Positions 29,166-39,700 of a stretch of 64,000 nucleotides of DNA are shown here, one piece after another. The stretch comes from an uncultured Spirochaetales bacterium (GTDB taxonomy: Bacteria; Spirochaetota; Spirochaetia; SPDA01; CAYXSD01): positions 58,601-122,600 of the forward strand of contig CAYXSD010000001.1 of the NCBI GenBank assembly GCA_964466335.1. The letters are read 5' to 3'. The notes below the pieces were generated by a model. It ran no database searches, was not told the origin of the DNA, and saw only the letters and a program-made list of their open reading frames with translations. Numbering within the stretch: the first letter of the stretch is position 1; every line of letters begins with the position of its first letter. Made by a program: the position numbers and the translations under genes.

Positions 29166-30833
29166 ATGGCATCGGGATTGGCTGAGGCCGTTAGACAGAT
29201 TGTTCAGGATCGTGGAATATCCGAAGATCTGGTGAGAAAAACAATTGAAGATTTTCTTTATGCCGCCTACAAAAAAAAATTCGGAACTGTAGAGAACGCG
29301 GTAGTACGTTTTAACGATGACGGGACTGAGGTGTCCCTCTTTGCGAGTAAGAATATTGTTGAATCTCTAGAAGACCCTGTAACTGAAATTGCGCTGGAAG
29401 AGGCGTTAGAGTATAATGAAGAATGTGAAATTGGTGACGAACTCCTCATAGAAATCAATCCGCAAGAATTTGACAGGGTAGCAATTCAAAGCGCAAAACA
29501 AAAGGCCAAACAAACGTTAAAGGAAATACAGAAGGACACATTATACTCGGAGTTTAAGGACAAAGTCGGAGAAATGATCATTGGCTACTATCAGCGGGAG
29601 AGAAACGGTAATATTTATGTAGATCTGGGTAAAACAGAGGGTATCCTTCCTAAACGGTATCAATCGCCCAGAGAAATTTACCGGCCCAACGATAGAATTA
29701 AAGCACTTATTTACGAAGTAAATAAGGCAGCCACAGGATTACAAATTGTCCTATCCAGAACTCATACGGATTTCGTTAAAAGAATTTTTGAGCTTGAAGT
29801 CCCAGAAATCTACGACAACACTGTTGAAATCTTTAAAATCGTACGCGAACCCGGGTACAGAACAAAAATAGCAGTATACTCCAATCGCGATGATGTTGAC
29901 CCCGTAGGAGCCTGCGTGGGAATGAAAGGAGTAAGGATCCAGGCCATTGTAAGAGAACTTGAGGGTGAAAAAATTGATATTCTTAAATACGATACAGATC
30001 CTCGTCTCTTTATTAAAAATGCCCTTTCTCCCGCGGAAGTAGGGTCGGTGGTAATCCTGGACGAATCAAAGCACCAAGCATTAGCGGTAGTTGAAGAAAC
30101 TCAACTCTCCTTGGCCATTGGAAAACAGGGTCTTAATGTTAGATTAGCTAATAGATTGGTAGATTGGAGCATCGATGTAAAAACAGAGGCCCAATTCGAG
30201 GATATGGATATTTCCGCGGAAACAAAGAAAGCCGTTTCCGCCCTCTTCACGGACATAGAAGAAGAGGCAGAGGAAGAAGAAATATCTACCATAGCAGAAC
30301 TTCCCGGTATGCCGGAACATATATCAGCAATTTTGAAAAGCAATAATATCGAGTACATAGAAACATTAATTTCCATGGATGATTCTCAATTACTTGAGAT
30401 AAATGGAATTGACGAACCTGAACTATCTACAATCAAGAACATCTTAGAAGAAAACGTCGAAATTATCGAAGAGGAAACAGAAGCACTGGAAGAAACTGAA
30501 GAAGAGGCTGAAACTGAAGAAGAGGCTGAAGCTGAAGAAGAAGCTATAGAAGAAGCTGAGGAAGACGAAACAGAATCTCCGACAGAGGAATCCATATCCG
30601 CGGAAGAGCAAGCCGAGCCGGTAAGCGCGAACGAAACAGAAGCAGAAACCTCGCGTAATGAAGAAGAGGAAACTGAGATTGTAGACGAGGAAGTAATAGA
30701 AACCCAAGAAACCTACGAATGCCCTGAATGCGGGGCTACTATTACGGCGGACATGTCAGTCTGCCCTCAATGCGGGGTAGGACTAAGCTTTGAAATAGAA
30801 GAGGAAATAACAGAAGATACAGAAGGTGAATAG
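29166..30833 (+). CDS. nusA: transcription termination/antitermination factor NusA with acidic tail and C-terminal zinc ribbon
   Basis: NusA N-domain, S1 and two KH domains, one HhH-like module; then an Asp/Glu-rich low-complexity run and a terminal CPECG...CPQCG ribbon; start set at ATG 29166 (ORF table gives GTG 29151). Confidence 0.85.
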   Translation: MASGLAEAVRQIVQDRGISEDLVRKTIEDFLYAAYKKKFGTVENAVVRFNDDGTEVSLFASKNIVESLEDPVTEIALEEALEYNEECEIGDELLIEINPQEFDRVAIQSAKQKAKQTLKEIQKDTLYSEFKDKVGEMIIGYYQRERNGNIYVDLGKTEGILPKRYQSPREIYRPNDRIKALIYEVNKAATGLQIVLSRTHTDFVKRIFELEVPEIYDNTVEIFKIVREPGYRTKIAVYSNRDDVDPVGACVGMKGVRIQAIVRELEGEKIDILKYDTDPRLFIKNALSPAEVGSVVILDESKHQALAVVEETQLSLAIGKQGLNVRLANRLVDWSIDVKTEAQFEDMDISAETKKAVSALFTDIEEEAEEEEISTIAELPGMPEHISAILKSNNIEYIETLISMDDSQLLEINGIDEPELSTIKNILEENVEIIEEETEALEETEEEAETEEEAEAEEEAIEEAEEDETESPTEESISAEEQAEPVSANETEAETSRNEEEETEIVDEEVIETQETYECPECGATITADMSVCPQCGVGLSFEIEEEITEDTEGE

Positions 30834-30856
30834 GTAGAAACCCAATAAGGTGATAT

Positions 30857-33316
30857 ATGTCGGAAGAAAAAGAAAAAAAACCAAAGACTACGTTGATTAA
30901 ACATAAAAAATCCTCCCCATCGAGCGAAAAAGAAAGTAAAAGCGATAAGAAAAAGGTCGTGGTGGTTAAAAAGAAAAAGGTCGTGGTAGTAAAGAAACCA
31001 ACCACATCAGAGGAAGCCAGAGAAGAGGGAGAAAAGCTGGAGCCGGAAAAAGTAAAAGGAGGAGTTTCAGAGAGTGGTAAGAGTTCCGCCAAGGAGCCCT
31101 TAAAACAAAAAGGTCCCTCAGAACAAACACCTCGCGAAAAACCCTCCAATATCGAAGATAAGAAGAAGGCCACAAAAGAAGAAACCAAAGGGAAGGCAGA
31201 TGTCCCCAAGAAAGAAGCAGGCGGAGAAGCTGTAAGAGACCGAGGCAGACAGAGAAAAGATTTCCAGAGGAAAGATTCTTCTAAAACAGAATTTAGAGGA
31301 AAACCAGGAGGCTTTCGAGGAAAACCATCTCAAAGGGGAGAGACACAGGCGCCTTCAGATAGAAGAAAAAGCTATACCAAACCAGGCGAGCGGCCCGGTC
31401 AGGCCAGACCTGCTCCTCCGATGCAGGAGGAGAAAAAGGCCGCCGGAAAACGATTTAAAACTAAAAAGAAGGGCCAATACCAAAAGACCAAAAAGGAAGA
31501 ACACGAAGAGAAGTATATTCCAGTAAAAAAGAAGCAGGCAAAGAAAGCCAATCCGGTTCCCAAAGTAATAGATATAATGGAAGTTATTACTGTTTCTGAA
31601 CTGGCAAAAAAGATGAATCTGAAAGCTTCTGATCTTATTGGAAAACTCATGTCTATGGGTGTAATGGCCACTATAAATCAACAGATTGACGCTGATACGG
31701 CGGCTCTAATTGCTGAAGAGTACGGCTGTAAAGTAAATATTGTTTCACTCTACGATGAAACAATAATCGAAAGTGAAGAGGACAACAAAGAGCATGTTCA
31801 ACATCGTCCGCCCATTGTTACTGTCATGGGACATGTGGACCACGGCAAGACAAAACTCCTTGATGCAATCCGATCGTCCGATGTTGTAGCCTCTGAACAC
31901 GGTGGAATTACCCAGCACATTGGCGCCTATGTCGTTGAAAACGATAAAGGAAAGGTTGTTTTTCTCGACACTCCTGGTCATGAAGCATTTACCACTATGC
32001 GTTCCAGGGGAGCTCAAATCACGGACCTCGTAATTCTTGTTGTCGCGGCTAACGATGGGGTAATGCCGCAAACGGTAGAAGCTATTAACCACGCGAAAGA
32101 GGCTAATGTTCCTATAATCGTTGCAGTTAATAAAATCGATCTCCCCGAAGCTAATCCCGACAGAGTGAAACAACAGTTATCCGAATACGATCTTATTCCT
32201 GAAGATTGGGGCGGCGGCACTCTCTTCTGTTCCATCTCCGCCCTAAAACAAACCGGTTTGGAAGGCCTCATGGAGACAATCCTTCTTCAATCGGAGATGC
32301 TCGAATTGGAAGCGGATTACTCCTGCCGTGCCGAGGGACATGTAATCGAATCAAAGGTGGACCACGGAAGGGGGATTGTCTCTACCGTATTGGTCCAGAG
32401 AGGAACACTCGAGGTGGGAGATGCCTTCATTGCCGGTATTTATCCGGGAAAGGTGCGGGCTATGTTTAACGATAAAGGGGAAAAGGTAGATGTTGTTACT
32501 CCTTCAATGCCAGTGGAAATTCTCGGATTTACCGGAATACCTCAATCAGGTGACCCCTTCCAAGTTACAGAAAATGAGAAATTCGCCCGCCAGGTGGGAG
32601 CAAAACGCCAGGAACTTAAGAAGGTGGAAAACGCGGCCAATGTGAAAAAGGTCACCTTGGACAATCTCTACGATTCAATTCAGGACGGTGAAATCCAGGA
32701 ACTGAAGGTTGTAATCAAGGGAGACGTATACGGTTCTGTAGAGGCATTACAATCCGCACTGGAGAAGCTGAGCACTTCATCTATCAGACTCAATGTAATT
32801 CACGCATCTGCTGGTGCTATTAACGAAAGGGACGTTATGCTGGCATCCGCTTCAAACGCAATTATCATTGGTTTTCACGTAAGACCTACTCCCAACGCCC
32901 TTACCTACGCAGAACAAGAGAGGGTGGAAATACGAAAGTATAACGTTATTTACGATGTGGTGAACGATATTAAATCCGCAATGGAAGGACTGCTGGAACC
33001 CGACTACGAGGAAGAAACAATCGGCGAAGCAGAAGCACGGGATGTTTTTAAAGTACCAAAAATAGGACTAGTGGCTGGATGTTTTGTCACCTCCGGCAAG
33101 ATAAAACGCGGTGCCTCCGCCCATGTTATTCGCGATGATGTAGTGGTCCATACTGGTAAAATCAGTTCTCTCAAACGCTTCAAGGACGATGTGAGAGAAG
33201 TTGAAGCTAATTACGAATGCGGAATCGGAATAGACGGCCTTACGGATGTGAAAGTCGGCGATCGTTTTGAAGTATTCGAGATGAAAGAGATAGCAAAGAC
33301 CCTTGATGAGAGCTAA
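30857..33316 (+). CDS. infB: translation initiation factor IF-2
   Basis: Lys-rich N-terminal region; GTPase G-domain [28 protein letters not shown]; C-terminal beta-barrels. Confidence 0.9.
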   Translation: MSEEKEKKPKTTLIKHKKSSPSSEKESKSDKKKVVVVKKKKVVVVKKPTTSEEAREEGEKLEPEKVKGGVSESGKSSAKEPLKQKGPSEQTPREKPSNIEDKKKATKEETKGKADVPKKEAGGEAVRDRGRQRKDFQRKDSSKTEFRGKPGGFRGKPSQRGETQAPSDRRKSYTKPGERPGQARPAPPMQEEKKAAGKRFKTKKKGQYQKTKKEEHEEKYIPVKKKQAKKANPVPKVIDIMEVITVSELAKKMNLKASDLIGKLMSMGVMATINQQIDADTAALIAEEYGCKVNIVSLYDETIIESEEDNKEHVQHRPPIVTVMGHVDHGKTKLLDAIRSSDVVASEHGGITQHIGAYVVENDKGKVVFLDTPGHEAFTTMRSRGAQITDLVILVVAANDGVMPQTVEAINHAKEANVPIIVAVNKIDLPEANPDRVKQQLSEYDLIPEDWGGGTLFCSISALKQTGLEGLMETILLQSEMLELEADYSCRAEGHVIESKVDHGRGIVSTVLVQRGTLEVGDAFIAGIYPGKVRAMFNDKGEKVDVVTPSMPVEILGFTGIPQSGDPFQVTENEKFARQVGAKRQELKKVENAANVKKVTLDNLYDSIQDGEIQELKVVIKGDVYGSVEALQSALEKLSTSSIRLNVIHASAGAINERDVMLASASNAIIIGFHVRPTPNALTYAEQERVEIRKYNVIYDVVNDIKSAMEGLLEPDYEEETIGEAEARDVFKVPKIGLVAGCFVTSGKIKRGASAHVIRDDVVVHTGKISSLKRFKDDVREVEANYECGIGIDGLTDVKVGDRFEVFEMKEIAKTLDES

Positions 33317-33321
33317 AATCC

Positions 33322-33672
33322 ATGTCAACACTGCGACAGAAGAAGTTAGAAAGGATAATACAAGAAGAAATTGGTAATATTATCGTTAGTAAAAAAGTCA
33401 AAGATCCCCGGGTTTCTACCCTTATGGGTATAAGTAAGGTTAAGGTATCCCCTGATACAGCCTATGCCAAGATTTATGTATCCGGATATGATCCGGAGAT
33501 TAAACTCGATACTGCTGTAAAGGGTTTGAACAATGCCAGCGGCTTTATACAGCATCTTCTGAATAAGCACCTTAGAATACGGTATACACCGAAACTAAGC
33601 TTTTACGCGGATTATTCAATTGCCGAAGGCTTTATTTTGAACAAGAAGATTGAGGAACTGAATCGCGAATGA
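33322..33672 (+). CDS. rbfA: ribosome-binding factor A
   Basis: 116 aa, KH-like RbfA pattern (RVSTLMGISKVKVSPDTAYAKIYVS). Confidence 0.85.
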   Translation: MSTLRQKKLERIIQEEIGNIIVSKKVKDPRVSTLMGISKVKVSPDTAYAKIYVSGYDPEIKLDTAVKGLNNASGFIQHLLNKHLRIRYTPKLSFYADYSIAEGFILNKKIEELNRE

Positions 33673-34523
33673 GCAAAAGCGGCTCGTTGTTTCTTCATAA
33701 ACCAAAGGACATAACCTCTTTTCAAGCCCTATCGGAAATAAAAAAAGAGCTTGGAACAAACAAGGTAGGTCACGCGGGAACATTAGACAAATTTGCTTCG
33801 GGACTTCTTATCGTTCTGACGGGAAAAATGACAAAATGCGTTCCACTAATAACAAATATGGACAAATCTTACCATGCTGTTTTCCGTTTCGGAGCACAAA
33901 CAGATACTTTGGACCCGGAGGGAACTATTATTAAAGAGGGACCGCTCCCGAATATGGCCAAAGTGGAGGAAAAGCTAAAAACCTTTTTGGAGATTAGAGA
34001 ACAACACCCCCCCCGCTATTCGGCTGTGCATGTAAAGGGAAAACGATCGAGTAAAATCGCCAGAGCAGGAGGAGACTTCGTTCCTTCTACTAAAAGGATA
34101 CGGATTAATGCAATAGAACTCTTGGATTGGGACCCCCCGGACGCTACCCTGAATATTAGCTGTTCGAAAGGGGTCTATGTTCGCTCCATTGCCAGAGATG
34201 TAGGAGCAAAATGTGGGACCGCCGCATTTTGCATTGATCTAGTGCGCACAAGAATTGGCCCCTTTACTCTGAAAGATGCTCATAATCATATTGTAAAACC
34301 ATTTGATTTTTTTCATAAAATTCCAGACGTTTCATTTCTTACTGTAAAACCCGAATACCTTCAGTACTTATATTATGGAAAACCTCTTTTAGAGCAGTAT
34401 TTTACCAATCCTATCTTTAAAGACGGTTTATACGCTGTTACTGATGTACATTCTCATTTTGTGGCTTTATTAGAGAAAACCAAGGGGGACCTTCAGTACA
34501 AGTTTGTGGGAGAAAAGAACTGA
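33669..34523 (+). CDS. truB: tRNA pseudouridine(55) synthase TruB
   Basis: GHAGTLDKFASGLL catalytic-Asp motif; 284 aa. Confidence 0.85.
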   Translation: MSKSGSLFLHKPKDITSFQALSEIKKELGTNKVGHAGTLDKFASGLLIVLTGKMTKCVPLITNMDKSYHAVFRFGAQTDTLDPEGTIIKEGPLPNMAKVEEKLKTFLEIREQHPPRYSAVHVKGKRSSKIARAGGDFVPSTKRIRINAIELLDWDPPDATLNISCSKGVYVRSIARDVGAKCGTAAFCIDLVRTRIGPFTLKDAHNHIVKPFDFFHKIPDVSFLTVKPEYLQYLYYGKPLLEQYFTNPIFKDGLYAVTDVHSHFVALLEKTKGDLQYKFVGEKN

Positions 34524-35329
34524 TGGATATAATAAATTGGAAGAATTGGGGGAAAAAATATGAAGGGGAAAAGTCCCTGTACTCTTGCACTATCGGCGTG
34601 TTCGATGGAGTACACCTTGGACACCAGCACCTGATACAGAAGATTCTGCAGCAAAAAGATACAAAATCTATGGTTGTTACATTTCGCGAAAATCCTGTGA
34701 GAATCCTCTCCCCTGAAATCTTCCAGGGGAACCTTACTACTCTTAAAGAAAAACTAATACTTCTTTCCGACATTAAAGTCGACGTCGTTCTTCTCATTGA
34801 CTTTTCCCATGATTTCAGTACACTAAGTTGTAGAGATTTTTTAGATGCTCTTATCTCCAGAAAGAACATTTCCTACATAGCATTAGGAGAAAATTTTCGC
34901 TGCGGTCAAAACGCAGAAACAGATATTGAAGGAGTAAAAGAAATACTAGCGGAAAAAGATGGCATACATCTCGATGTTATACATCATCTCAAGTATAGCA
35001 AGGAGATTATTAGCAGTACCCGAATAAGGAAAACAATACTTGCAGGAGATGTTAAGGAAGCATCGAAAATGCTGGGGAGACCATATTCGTTTACTATTCC
35101 TAATTGGGTTGAAAAAGAAAATTCACAGGTGACGGTAATAGACAAAAATATATTAAAAAAGGTCCTTCCGCCGCCGGGAAAATACAAAGTGCGGTATAAA
35201 AAGAACGGTGAGGATGCCACCGGGTCCGTTCTTATATCAAATAGAGAAATTGTCATAAAAGAATTACCCTTAACAGGTGAAGGGAGTCTTGAATTTCTTA
35301 GACCCTCTACCAACACAGAGCCTTGCTAA
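34523..35329 (+). CDS. ribF: FAD synthetase / riboflavin kinase RibF (short; kinase domain appears truncated)
   Basis: N-terminal FMN adenylyltransferase motif GVFDGVHLGHQ; C-terminal part retains only a weak GRPYSFTIPN kinase-like motif; 268 aa against a typical length of about 310. Confidence 0.65.
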   Translation: MDIINWKNWGKKYEGEKSLYSCTIGVFDGVHLGHQHLIQKILQQKDTKSMVVTFRENPVRILSPEIFQGNLTTLKEKLILLSDIKVDVVLLIDFSHDFSTLSCRDFLDALISRKNISYIALGENFRCGQNAETDIEGVKEILAEKDGIHLDVIHHLKYSKEIISSTRIRKTILAGDVKEASKMLGRPYSFTIPNWVEKENSQVTVIDKNILKKVLPPPGKYKVRYKKNGEDATGSVLISNREIVIKELPLTGEGSLEFLRPSTNTEPC

Positions 35330-35386
35330 GAAAAAAGCAAGCAAAAAGGAAAGGGATAAAAGGAAGAACTATTTAAGGAGAACCAA

Positions 35387-35656
35387 ATGGCAGTAACAAA
35401 GGAAACAAAACAGGATATCATTAAAGAGTACGGAGAAAACGATAAAGACACAGGCTCCACGGAAGTCCAAATAGCCTTGCTTACATCGAGAATAAAAGAT
35501 CTAACAGAACATTTTAAAGTGAATAAAAAGGACCATAATTCTCGTAGAGGACTGCTGCAGATGGTAGGAAAAAGGCGGAGACTTTTAAAATATCTTATGC
35601 GGAAAGACATTGAAAAGTACAGAAGTCTCATTAAACAGCTTCAACTGCGAAAATAG
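35387..35656 (+). CDS. rpsO: 30S ribosomal protein S15
   Basis: 89 aa; [13 protein letters not shown]...[16 protein letters not shown]...KRRRLLKYL is the S15 signature. Confidence 0.95.
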   Translation: MAVTKETKQDIIKEYGENDKDTGSTEVQIALLTSRIKDLTEHFKVNKKDHNSRRGLLQMVGKRRRLLKYLMRKDIEKYRSLIKQLQLRK

Positions 35657-35727
35657 CAATGCTCTCTCTTCATGTAAATCGAAAGAAAACAAAAGCGAGA
35701 GAACAACAGAAAAAATAAGGAAGTATA

Positions 35728-37896
35728 ATGGAATCAGTAAGATTAAAAATCGGAGACGATGATCTCATCCTTGAAACAGGAAAGATAGCAAAACAGGCAA
35801 ACGGCTCTGTTTTTGCAAGGTACGCGGGATCAGCTGTGTTAGCAACAGTGTGCTGTTCGGATAAAGAGGTCGAGGGTTTAGATTATGTCCCCCTGCAGGT
35901 AGAGTATAATGAAAAATTCTACGCCGCAGGAAAAATCCCGGGCGGTTTTATCAAAAGAGAAGGACGGCCAAAAGATAAAGAAATCCTCGTGTCACGGTTA
36001 ATCGACAGACCAATGCGGCCGCTCTTCCATAAAGAGTTCTCACGGGAGATACAAGTCGTTCCAACTACTATATCATCGGATCAAGTACATACCCCGGATA
36101 TCATAGCAATGGTGGCCGCTTCCGCGGCGGTTGTTATTTCTGATATTCCCTTTGACGGTCCGGTAAGCGCAGTCAGAGTTGGTATGATAGACGAAGAATA
36201 CATAATCAATCCCACTTTCGAGGAGATAGAAAGAAGTAAGATTGATATTATTGTATCCGGTACGGAAGCCGGTATTACAATGGTAGAAGGTGGTGCTTCC
36301 GAAGTCTCCGAAGAACAACTTCTTGCCGCGATTCAAAAGGCACAACCAATTATCGCGGAACTTTGCAAAATACAAAATACCTTGAGAGAGCTTGTGGGAA
36401 AGCCTAAGATTGAACTTCCGGCAAAGAAACATGTGCTTGAAAAAGAAGACGAAATCAGAAACTACGCCTATGGAAAACTCGAAGAAGCATGTTTTGTAAA
36501 GGGTAAAATGGAACGGCAAGATGCAATTCGTACTGTAAAAAAAGAGACCCAAGAACACTTTGAGGAATCCTTCACTGAAGATGATAAAGGTCTTGTTTCT
36601 TCTCTCTTTGAAAATATGGAATATGAAATTGTTCGGAAATCAATATTGGAAAAAGGTATACGAACCGACGGAAGGGGTACAGAGGATATAAGACCAATCA
36701 GCTGTGAAGTCGGGATACTCCCACGGACCCACGGCTCCGCCCTTTTTACCAGGGGTGAAACCCAGGCTTTGGTAATTACCACTCTTGGTACTGTCTACGA
36801 TGAACAAATGCGGGACGATATAGACAGTGAAACAAGATACGAACACTTTATGCTTCACTACAACTTTCCTCCTTTTTCAGTGGGAGAAACAGGCAGGTTC
36901 TTTACAGGCCGACGAGAAGTTGGTCATGGACATCTGGCACAGAGGGCAATAGAGCCGGTCCTTCCTGATAAGACAACATTCCCTTATACACTCCGAGTAG
37001 TTTCTGAGGTTCTTGAGTCTAATGGAAGCTCTTCCATGGCCACTGTCTGTGGATCCACTCTGTCTCTTTTGAACAGCGGCACTCCAATTTCCGCTCCTGT
37101 AGCCGGCATAGCCATGGGTCTTATTACCGATGAAAACAACACGGCCATCCTTAGCGATATTCTCGGCGAAGAAGATCACCTCGGAGATATGGATTTCAAG
37201 GTAGCTGGAACAAAAAAGGGAATCACCGCTTTTCAAATGGATATAAAAATTAAAAATGTAGATTATGACATTATGTCACGCGCCCTCGCTCAGGCTAAAA
37301 AAGGAAGAGAATATATCCTAGACATTATGAATAAAACCTTAAGTATTCCAAATGAGCAAATATCCGAGTTTGCACCAAAAATCGTTACCATGCAAGTTGA
37401 AGAGGACAAGATCGGTGCTATAATCGGTCCCGGCGGAAAAAATATTAAACATATTTCTGAAACCTGCAATGTGAATGTTAATATCGATGACCACGGTAAA
37501 ATCATTATCTACGCAAAAAACCGGGAAGACGCTGAAAAAGCGGAAGAAACAATAAAGGGAATGGTGGAAGAACCGGAAGTTGGCAAGATATACAACGGAG
37601 TTGTAAAGAAGATTATGGATTTTGGTGCGTTTGTGGAATTTCTCCCGGGAAGGGAGGGTCTCGTTCATATATCTAAACTCTCCAGGCAGAGGGTGAATCA
37701 AGTAACTGATGTTTTAGATGTTGATCAGGAGATCCCCGTTAAGCTGGTGGAGAAGGACAAACTTGGCAGATTGAATTTGAGCTATATAGATGCGATTGAT
37801 CCGGATGGTTCTAAAGACCATGGTCAAGGAGGCCAGGGTAGAGAAGGGAAAGGGTCTTCCGGCGGAGGAAGGGGTAACGAGGGAAGGCGTAAATAG
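35728..37896 (+). CDS. pnp: polyribonucleotide nucleotidyltransferase (PNPase) with Gly/Arg-rich C-tail
   Basis: Two RNase PH domains, KH (IGAIIGPGGKNI) and S1 domains; 722 aa. Confidence 0.9.
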   Translation: MESVRLKIGDDDLILETGKIAKQANGSVFARYAGSAVLATVCCSDKEVEGLDYVPLQVEYNEKFYAAGKIPGGFIKREGRPKDKEILVSRLIDRPMRPLFHKEFSREIQVVPTTISSDQVHTPDIIAMVAASAAVVISDIPFDGPVSAVRVGMIDEEYIINPTFEEIERSKIDIIVSGTEAGITMVEGGASEVSEEQLLAAIQKAQPIIAELCKIQNTLRELVGKPKIELPAKKHVLEKEDEIRNYAYGKLEEACFVKGKMERQDAIRTVKKETQEHFEESFTEDDKGLVSSLFENMEYEIVRKSILEKGIRTDGRGTEDIRPISCEVGILPRTHGSALFTRGETQALVITTLGTVYDEQMRDDIDSETRYEHFMLHYNFPPFSVGETGRFFTGRREVGHGHLAQRAIEPVLPDKTTFPYTLRVVSEVLESNGSSSMATVCGSTLSLLNSGTPISAPVAGIAMGLITDENNTAILSDILGEEDHLGDMDFKVAGTKKGITAFQMDIKIKNVDYDIMSRALAQAKKGREYILDIMNKTLSIPNEQISEFAPKIVTMQVEEDKIGAIIGPGGKNIKHISETCNVNVNIDDHGKIIIYAKNREDAEKAEETIKGMVEEPEVGKIYNGVVKKIMDFGAFVEFLPGREGLVHISKLSRQRVNQVTDVLDVDQEIPVKLVEKDKLGRLNLSYIDAIDPDGSKDHGQGGQGREGKGSSGGGRGNEGRRK

Positions 37897-37954
37897 ATCA
37901 CAGAAATACCATACCAGTACGGTAATACTGGTATAGCGAGTGTATTAAGAAAAT

Positions 37955-38392
37955 ATGAGTACATCGGTAAAGGTACAACTATTAAGCGGTGGAAAAGCCC
38001 CAGAATACGCAACTGAAGGCTCTGCCGGGGCAGATGTGTTTGCTAATATAGAAAAAGACATTATCCTTTCCCCGGGAGAAAGGGTATTGATACCCCTAGG
38101 TTTCGCTATGGAAATTCCTAAAAACTATGAAGCCCAAATACGTCCACGATCTGGCCTGGCCATTAAAGGGGGGGTAACCGTACTGAATTCCCCCGGAACA
38201 ATCGATTCGGATTACCGCGGTGAGGTGAAAGTAATCTTAATTAATCTTGGAGATCAACCCTACACACTGCAGGACAAGGACCGAATCGCTCAATTGATTA
38301 TTTCCCCAGTAGAAAAGGGGACATTCGTAATAGTGGATTCCACTTCTTCTACAGGTCGAGGACCAGGCGGATTCGGCTCCACAGGGACATAG
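37955..38392 (+). CDS. dut: dUTP diphosphatase
   Basis: 145 aa; dUTPase motifs AGADV, RSGLA, GTIDSDYRGE, and C-terminal GGFGSTG. Confidence 0.85.
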   Translation: MSTSVKVQLLSGGKAPEYATEGSAGADVFANIEKDIILSPGERVLIPLGFAMEIPKNYEAQIRPRSGLAIKGGVTVLNSPGTIDSDYRGEVKVILINLGDQPYTLQDKDRIAQLIISPVEKGTFVIVDSTSSTGRGPGGFGSTGT

Positions 38393-38398
38393 GATGAG

Positions 38399-39688
38399 AT
38401 GGGAAGAAGATCATATGTCAGGGTCTATGTTTACTTCGGAAGAGAATTTATTTTCGCCTTTTTTGTCGCTTTTCTCTTTTTCTTTTTCATCTTTTTCGTT
38501 AATCAGCTTCTCCTCTTAGCTGAAGAAATCCTTTCAAAACATGTTCCCTTTAAAGATGTTCTCCTCCTCATTCTCTACTCCCTTCCACTCATCGTATCTT
38601 TATCTTTTCCTTTTTCATCCCTTGTTGGGGCTTTAATGGCCATTGGAGGCCTGTCGAGTAGCAACGAAATACTCGCTTTTCAGGCATCTGGTATCTCCAT
38701 CCGGACGATCTTTATGCCCTTCTTTTTATTGGGAATCCTTTTTTCACTGACATCTTTTATAATGAACGATTACTTCCTTCCTATGGGAACCCTAAACTTT
38801 GGAAAATTGTATCGAAAACTACTCTATGCGAATCCGGAAATGGAACTAGAGGCTAATTCTGTTAAATACTATCAGGATAGTGTTATTGTTACCGGTTCGA
38901 TTGAGGGTAATACAATTTACAATATCTCCATTCTTGATAAGACACCTCAAAATGAAAAAAGGATAATACACGCTAATCAGGGTTACCTTGCGGATACCTA
39001 TACACAGAGGGGAGTTATTTCTTTAGAGCTTGAGAACGTTTTTAGTCAAATATTTCAGCCGAAGAGGGGAAAAAGTTTCGAATACTTCACCGCTGAAAGA
39101 ATGACCTATAATATTCTATTGAAAGACATTAGCTTTTCTATTAGAAATCCGGGACCATCCGAGATGAGTAGTGTAGATGTATGGAACACTATTCAAGCAA
39201 AAAAGGAAGAACTGGAAAAAAAGAGGACCATGCATGCAAAAAATAATATGGTTGATCGCTGGGTACTAATGGGGTTGTACAGAAGACTCCATTTAACAGG
39301 TGAGCATTTAACAGAGAAGAATTTCGCTAATACTATTTCTCCTCTTATAGAACACTACAATCGATACAACAACGCCCTCAACCGGGATATTTCCAGCAAA
39401 TCCCTTACGATTTATCAACTCGAGTTCAATAAAAAATTCGCTGTGCCTTTGGGGTGCTTTATTTTTATTTTTCTTGCTGTGCCTGCCGGTATGATAACCG
39501 GACGGAGGGGTAGGGCTGTGGGCTTTGGTGTCGGGCTGATAATATCTCTGATATACTGGAGCATCCTCTTTGCCGGACAGACTTTAGGCCTTCGACTTGA
39601 TGTATCGCCTTTTCTCTCCATGTGGGCACCTAATATTTTTGTCCTTTTCCTTGCGATTCTTCTCTACACTATGAGGAAGCTTAAATAG
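38399..39688 (+). CDS. LptF/LptG family permease (YjgP/YjgQ)
   Basis: 429 aa; 3 N-terminal TM helices, large periplasmic domain, 3 C-terminal TM helices; paired with a second paralog. Confidence 0.6.
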   Translation: MGRRSYVRVYVYFGREFIFAFFVAFLFFFFIFFVNQLLLLAEEILSKHVPFKDVLLLILYSLPLIVSLSFPFSSLVGALMAIGGLSSSNEILAFQASGISIRTIFMPFFLLGILFSLTSFIMNDYFLPMGTLNFGKLYRKLLYANPEMELEANSVKYYQDSVIVTGSIEGNTIYNISILDKTPQNEKRIIHANQGYLADTYTQRGVISLELENVFSQIFQPKRGKSFEYFTAERMTYNILLKDISFSIRNPGPSEMSSVDVWNTIQAKKEELEKKRTMHAKNNMVDRWVLMGLYRRLHLTGEHLTEKNFANTISPLIEHYNRYNNALNRDISSKSLTIYQLEFNKKFAVPLGCFIFIFLAVPAGMITGRRGRAVGFGVGLIISLIYWSILFAGQTLGLRLDVSPFLSMWAPNIFVLFLAILLYTMRKLK

Positions 39689-39700
39689 TACAGGATTAAT

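Noticed and set aside
30444-31209. Minus-strand ORFs of 69-155 aa (Ser/Phe/Leu-rich) antisense to the nusA tail and the infB N-terminus
   Set aside because: They lie wholly inside well-supported plus-strand genes and are low-complexity mirror translations of the Glu/Lys-rich coding repeats; no independent start or RBS context.
35657-35727. Possible RNase III-type hairpin in the rpsO-pnp spacer
   Set aside because: Only a short imperfect CTCTC/GAGAG pairing is present; too weak to call from sequence alone.
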